Shown: in pieces, positions 59,063 through 64,000 of the stretch
How positions within the stretch are numbered: position 1 is the stretch's first letter
Layout: the number at the start of each line of letters is the position of its first letter
Assembly: GCF_018350175.1 (NCBI RefSeq)
Contig: NC_058368.1
Location: forward strand, 111,726,001 to 111,790,000
DNA from: Felis catus
Taxonomy: Eukaryota
DNA: 64,000 nt
Reading direction: 5' to 3'
The notes under the pieces: model-generated
Database searches by the model: none
What the model saw: only the letters and a program-made list of their open reading frames with translations
What the model was told of the DNA's origin: nothing
Translations under genes and position numbers: made by a program

Positions 59063-59727
59063 GGGACTGATAAAATGTTTTCCTTTGAAATCCTCCTAAC
59101 TGTCCAAGAAGTTGCTTTCCAGCATAGTAACCCTTGTAAATGGTTCAAGCATAAACCAGGGTCCTGCTTTGCTTTGATTAAAGTGAACTGAAAGCTTGGA
59201 GATTAGATCAACTTTAGGTGGGCTGGGAGCCCTTTCCTGCCCAAGCGCTTTAAGAATTGGTAGCCAGTCCCGTGTCCTTGTCTCCTCTGTAGAAACAGAA
59301 TACAGAAGCCCACAGGGCAAGTCCTGGGATTCTTAGGGCACCCTCGGAGCCAACCTTACTGTGTGCTGATTTGCAGATGTTCTTCAGGAGAGTACACAGG
59401 CAGGTGGTCCTGGGTGGCTATGACTCACGTGATCCTCTATTGAGTTAGCAAGCCTGTGCATTTCCTGAGAAGGCCATCAGGGCAGCTTTTGTGTGTGTGG
59501 AATTTGGGGCATAATCTCTGCTCTCTCTGTCCCTGGATCCTTGGTAGCTCCTATCATGAAGGAGTCAGACAGGTGGGGGCCTTTGGAAGAAGTGGCAGGC
59601 ACAGCCCACAGGTGGTCTCTATAATGACCCTTCAGGAGTCACAACACCCCTATCTTTTTCTTCCTCCTCCTCCTCCTTTTTTTCCATTTAGAATCTTTTA
59701 TTTGTTTTTGTTTTAAGTTTAATTTTA

Positions 59728-59944
59728 TTTTAAAGAAATATTCATTTGTTATGAGAGAGAGAATGCACATGCATGAGGGTGCTAGTGGGGGAGGGGCAGA
59801 GGGAGTGGGAGAGAGAATCCCAAGCAGGCCCCATGCTGTCAGTGCAGAGCCCAACACAGGGCTCAGTCCCACAAACTGTGAGATCCTGACCTGAGCTGAA
59901 ATCAAGTGTCGGATCTTCAAGCAGCTGAGCCACCCAGGTGCCCC
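59728..59944 (-). mobile_element. Can-SINE
   Basis: Antisense body; TSD TTAAGTTTAATTTTA (59713-59727) / TTAAATTTAATTTTA (59945-59959). Confidence 0.95.
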
Positions 59945-59964
59945 TTAAATTTAATTTTAAAATA

Positions 59965-62605
59965 AATGTTGCATTTGCCCGTAGTTTAGGGAGTCAAGTA
60001 GTTCTAGAAAGAAGGCTTGTTGCAAGCGTATGCACACACACACCCATCCTGAACTTTTCCTTCTCCTGCCTTTTCTACTTCCCAGAGACAACTACCTCTC
60101 ATAATTTAGCTGATTCTTTTGATATTTACCTCTATATTTGTAAATAATGTGTTTATATTTATGCTCCTGGGATTTTTCAGTTTTGGGATTGTCTATTGAC
60201 TTCTCATTATGGAAGATGAGGTTTCTATTCTTTTTCATCACTACCCACGTCTTATCTCCTATCATTACAAAATAGCTGTAGCATAATTTTATTAGATCAG
60301 TATTCAGTGATTAAAATATTTTGACCCTGAAAACACAATTCATGGCTGAACTGTGCTGCCTCGTACTTTCTTGATGAACATTTCCTCTCTGGAGTTGATT
60401 GTCTTTTTTTCTTCTCTGTCCAGTGTTTTATTATCCGTCACTAATTCAATAGCATACTGTCCTCCAGTTGAATAAAATTAGTCTCAAAGTTGTTTTCACA
60501 ATGCCCGTTCTATTAATTTCCTTTTCTTGAGGAAAGATCTCCCAGAACCTTCTCAGCTGGGTCGGGAGCTTTCTAGATCTCTCTGCAGCTTTTGTTTGGG
60601 GTTTCTTCATTCTGATCTTGGTGATCCCGCTAGTGTTCTTTTCTGTTGGATCTTCTGTTTCCTGGATCCTGGATCGTCCTCTTTCCTCACTTTGGTGGAG
60701 CACATTTTTCCCCATTTACCTACAAAGAAGTGAACAGTCATTTTGGTGTGACCTTAAACATCTGAACATGCCTTTATTCTCTCCTCATACTTAATTGATG
60801 GTTTGGCTAAGTATAGAATTCTAGGTTAGAAATAATTTTCTCTAAGAACTTTGATGGTCTTAATGCCACTATCTACAAGTGTCCATTGTTGCTAAGAAGA
60901 CCATTATATGAAATCAATCTTTCTCTCCCTCCCTTCTCCAGGCACTTTCTTTTGTTCTTCTTGTTTAGAAATTTCACTGTGCAGCTCCTTGGTGTGGATA
61001 TATTTTTACTCATTGTGTAGATTGCTTAGTGAATTTTCTTTGTTTTGAAATTCATATCTTTCAATTCTGGTTATTACTTGTAATCCCCCCCCCCCTTTTT
61101 ATGTTCTACCTCACCAACCCCTCCTCAGAACAAGTATTGTTTAGATATTGGACCCCCTGAACTCTTTCCCCAATATTCTTATTTTTCCTCCTTTTTTCTG
61201 TCTTTTTGTCTTCTTTGTCATTTCTTGAACTTTGTCTTAAAAATTTTTTTTTGCATTTTTTTCTGCCATCATTTTTTTAAAAATTGCCAAAGCTTCTTTT
61301 TCATTATTTTCTAAGCACTCCATTTTAAGAAAACATCTTGTTCTTGATTCACAGATGTAATATCTTCTCTGAGAATATTATAGTCACTGAAAGTTTTCTC
61401 CTTGTTCCCTATGTGGTTTGGCTTCTGTATTTCATATTATCATTTCTATACATTTCCTGGTGATTCTTGATTGCTTATATTTACAAGTAGAGGTAACTAA
61501 AAAGCTGATTTGAAAGTTCTAGATGCTTAAGTAGGGCTATTTAAACTATGAACTTAGTGTAGCAGAAATCTACCTGTGCTGTTTTCATAAGCAATTGTCA
61601 CTGTTGGCATCTTTTGGACTTTTCTCTTGCATTAATCTGATTACTTAAAGAAATTGTCCTCAGCCTCCTGCCTGGAGGATATATTTCTAGCTACCAGCAT
61701 TCTGTGAGCTTAGGGGGAGAAGCAGGCTGTTTCTCGTTCACTATATGTATCACTAGTCTGCTCAGGCTATCATAAGAAAACACCACAGACTGGGGGGCTT
61801 ACACAGCAGAAATTACTTTTCTTACAGTTGTGGAAGCTGAAGATCCAAGGTCAAGGTACCAGGAGGGCTGGTTTATGGTGAGGCCTCTCTCTTAGGCTTT
61901 CAGAAGACCACCTTCTTCTTCTCCTTACCCAGTCTTCCTTGTGTATATGGAGAAAGTGGATACTCCAGTGTTTCCTCTTCCTCTCTTGGGGACACCAGAC
62001 CTGTTGGATTAAGGACCCCACCTTATGACCTCATTTATTCTTAATTACCTGCCTATGGCCCTGTCTCTAAATACAGTCATATCAGGGGTCGGGGCTTCAA
62101 CATGTAAATTTGAGGGGGACACAATTCACTTCATAACGTTTTGTAGAATCTCAATATTTCTGTTTTCATTCTTAAACTGTCGCCTTCAGCTGTGCTTTGT
62201 GATCTTGAGACTGTTTCACCCTTTTTGGAAGGATTCTTTTTCTTTAAATGATCTGTTGGAGTGGTGATGAGGCTGTCACCTGGCTACCTAAAATGAAGAT
62301 GGGCATCTGAAAGCTTGGAAGGTTCTTAAACAGATTATAAACCAGTCCCTCTTTTTAAAAATGTACATTCGTCCTCACTTCTAGAAATAATGTGATTTTT
62401 GGTTTTCATTACTGTTGACTTAGGACTATGTTTTTTGGATCTGCTGAATTGGTTAACTCCTTATCCAGATTTCAAAATATTCTCTCCTGTTTTCGTTGTC
62501 CTTGAGGATTATACCATAAAACATCTTTTTGTTGTCAATTAGTGGTGTTTCTGGAGAGAGTAGAGGTAAGTGTATGTTTGTTTAATTCTCTGTCTTTAAC
62601 TGCAC
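59965..62605 (-). mobile_element. HAL1 (half-L1)-like element, long copy, split by MLT1
   Basis: TTCCCAGAGACAACTAC...GATATTTACCTCTATATTT 3' region; antisense ORF1-like GTATAGAATTCTAGGTTAGAAATAATTTTCTCTAAGAACTTTGA; no intervening ORF2. Confidence 0.65.
61747..62138 (-). mobile_element. MLT1A-like MaLR solo LTR
   Basis: AGTCTGCTCAGGCT...CACCACAGACTGGGGGGCTTA...TTGGATTAAGGACCCCACCTTATGACCTCATTTA...GCTTCAACATGTAAATTTGAGGGGGACACAATTCA. Confidence 0.88.
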
Positions 62606-63419
62606 ACCATATGTCTCCTTTCCTCAGGTGGATGCCCATCTGATGAGTTAGACTCATTCCATCTCTCCCTCCAATCCAGCGTTTCCATAGAAAATCTCCG
62701 TTGTGTCCACATACGTTTGATTTTGATGCATTAATTGATTCTTGAGGACTGATAGTCTGACATCACTTGACTGAAACATAGGGTGTGCCTTCTGGGCTTA
62801 TCACAAATACACAAATCTTTTTAATAAACTTAGAAAATGATTTGTGCTTTGAATTGAACAAAACCTCCACATTTTCCTGAGCACCATTTCCTTACATTTT
62901 AAAACTTGATATATTTTCAGGGGAATCCAATCCATATGTGGTTGGGTTTTTTGTTTTGTGTTCTTATTCTTTTAATACATCATAATATTTCTTCATAAAG
63001 CACTGCTTAAGTCAACATTTTTTATTAGCTTTTTTCTTAAGCCTTTTTCATTAGCTTTTATTTAGAGCCATTTTTTTTTTCAAAATTTCCCAACCACAAC
63101 TGAACTCCCAAAGATCTGAGTCTCATTTGAAATGTTGACTTTTGTTGTGTTCTAATTAGGACAGACCAGTGTTTTCTAAAATCTCGTAGGCTTTGTCTGT
63201 GTTGCCCAGATGAGCAAATCTACATCCAGAACCCATTCCACAAAGCATCTTACTACACGTTACTGTAGCCCAGAAGAAAGCACCTACCTGCAGCATACCT
63301 CTTGCTGTGGTCATCTGCTCTGCCATTGCATAGACGAGAATAGAAGGAGATATGCCCCTGCCTTGGGGAGCTCACATCTAGTTGGAAAGACTAGGAAAGA
63401 AGGAGAGGCTGTATCATTT

Positions 63420-63650
63420 CTTCATACCAACTATGTGCCCAGTAATGGACTAGGCACTTTGCCATTATTGTCCTATCTAACCTAAGGATAGAGACATGTA
63501 TTTCATCAAAGCCTTCATAGTAAGCTTTCAGGGTAGATATAATTGTTATCCCCATTTACAGAATAAAGGTACCAAGACTCAAAAGTTACTTAATTTGACC
63601 AAGATGGCACAACTAATAAGCGGTTGAGAGCCTGGTTTACAGTGTAGGCA
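63420..63650 (-). mobile_element. MIR SINE
   Basis: CTATGTGCCCAG...TTGTTATCCCCATTTACAGA...TAATTTGACCAAGATGGCACAACTAATAAG. Confidence 0.7.
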
Positions 63651-64000
63651 GGATTCCACCATATGGACATCAGGGAAAGGATTAGGTACATGGCCTAGAG
63701 TGAGTATTCACTAATGATATGGAATTGATGTAATGGAGCCAACGATACATTGGACGATTCAGAGGGACAGAGTGTAAGATAGAGAGAAGATATGTGAAGG
63801 CTGCCACCATCAGGGAAGATGTGCTAGGGGGACTGTTATCCTGCATCTGTCTCCGTGTGCACTTCTGCCATGTCCATCCAAGTCACTGACGTCAGTTTCC
63901 TGGATACCATTAGGGCCTGCCAGCTGCTCTGTGCACTTTCCTTCTTGCTCTGTTACTGTCCGTTCTCCACACGGCAGCCAGAACGATCCTTTTTTAATTC

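Overview
Mammalian genomic DNA, almost certainly felid: about 22 tRNA-derived Can-SINEs of the SINEC_Fc type are present. No convincing host-gene CDS, rRNA, tRNA gene or CRISPR array was found. The ORF track is GC-rich noise, microsatellite/VNTR read-through, or decayed L1 ORF2. The window reads as a large intron (the + strand looks G/T-skewed by eye) or as intergenic DNA. It holds layered transposon fossils (MIR, L2, MER5A, MER3, MLT1, HAL1, L1, Can-SINE). The main structure is a near-full-length ancient L1ME-type element (~35.4-46.3 kb) with three levels of nested insertion, including a younger antisense L1 inserted at the host's RT motif that forms a ~2 kb mirror image. Other items are a 42-bp VNTR, an unexplained diverged ~120-bp duplicated pair, two candidate in-frame cassette exons (78 nt, 33 nt) and several repeat-free motif-rich islands that may be enhancers. 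Repeat subfamily names are from memory of consensus sequences and old-repeat boundaries are approximate. I see no firm evidence for a novel biological system; the findings are leads.
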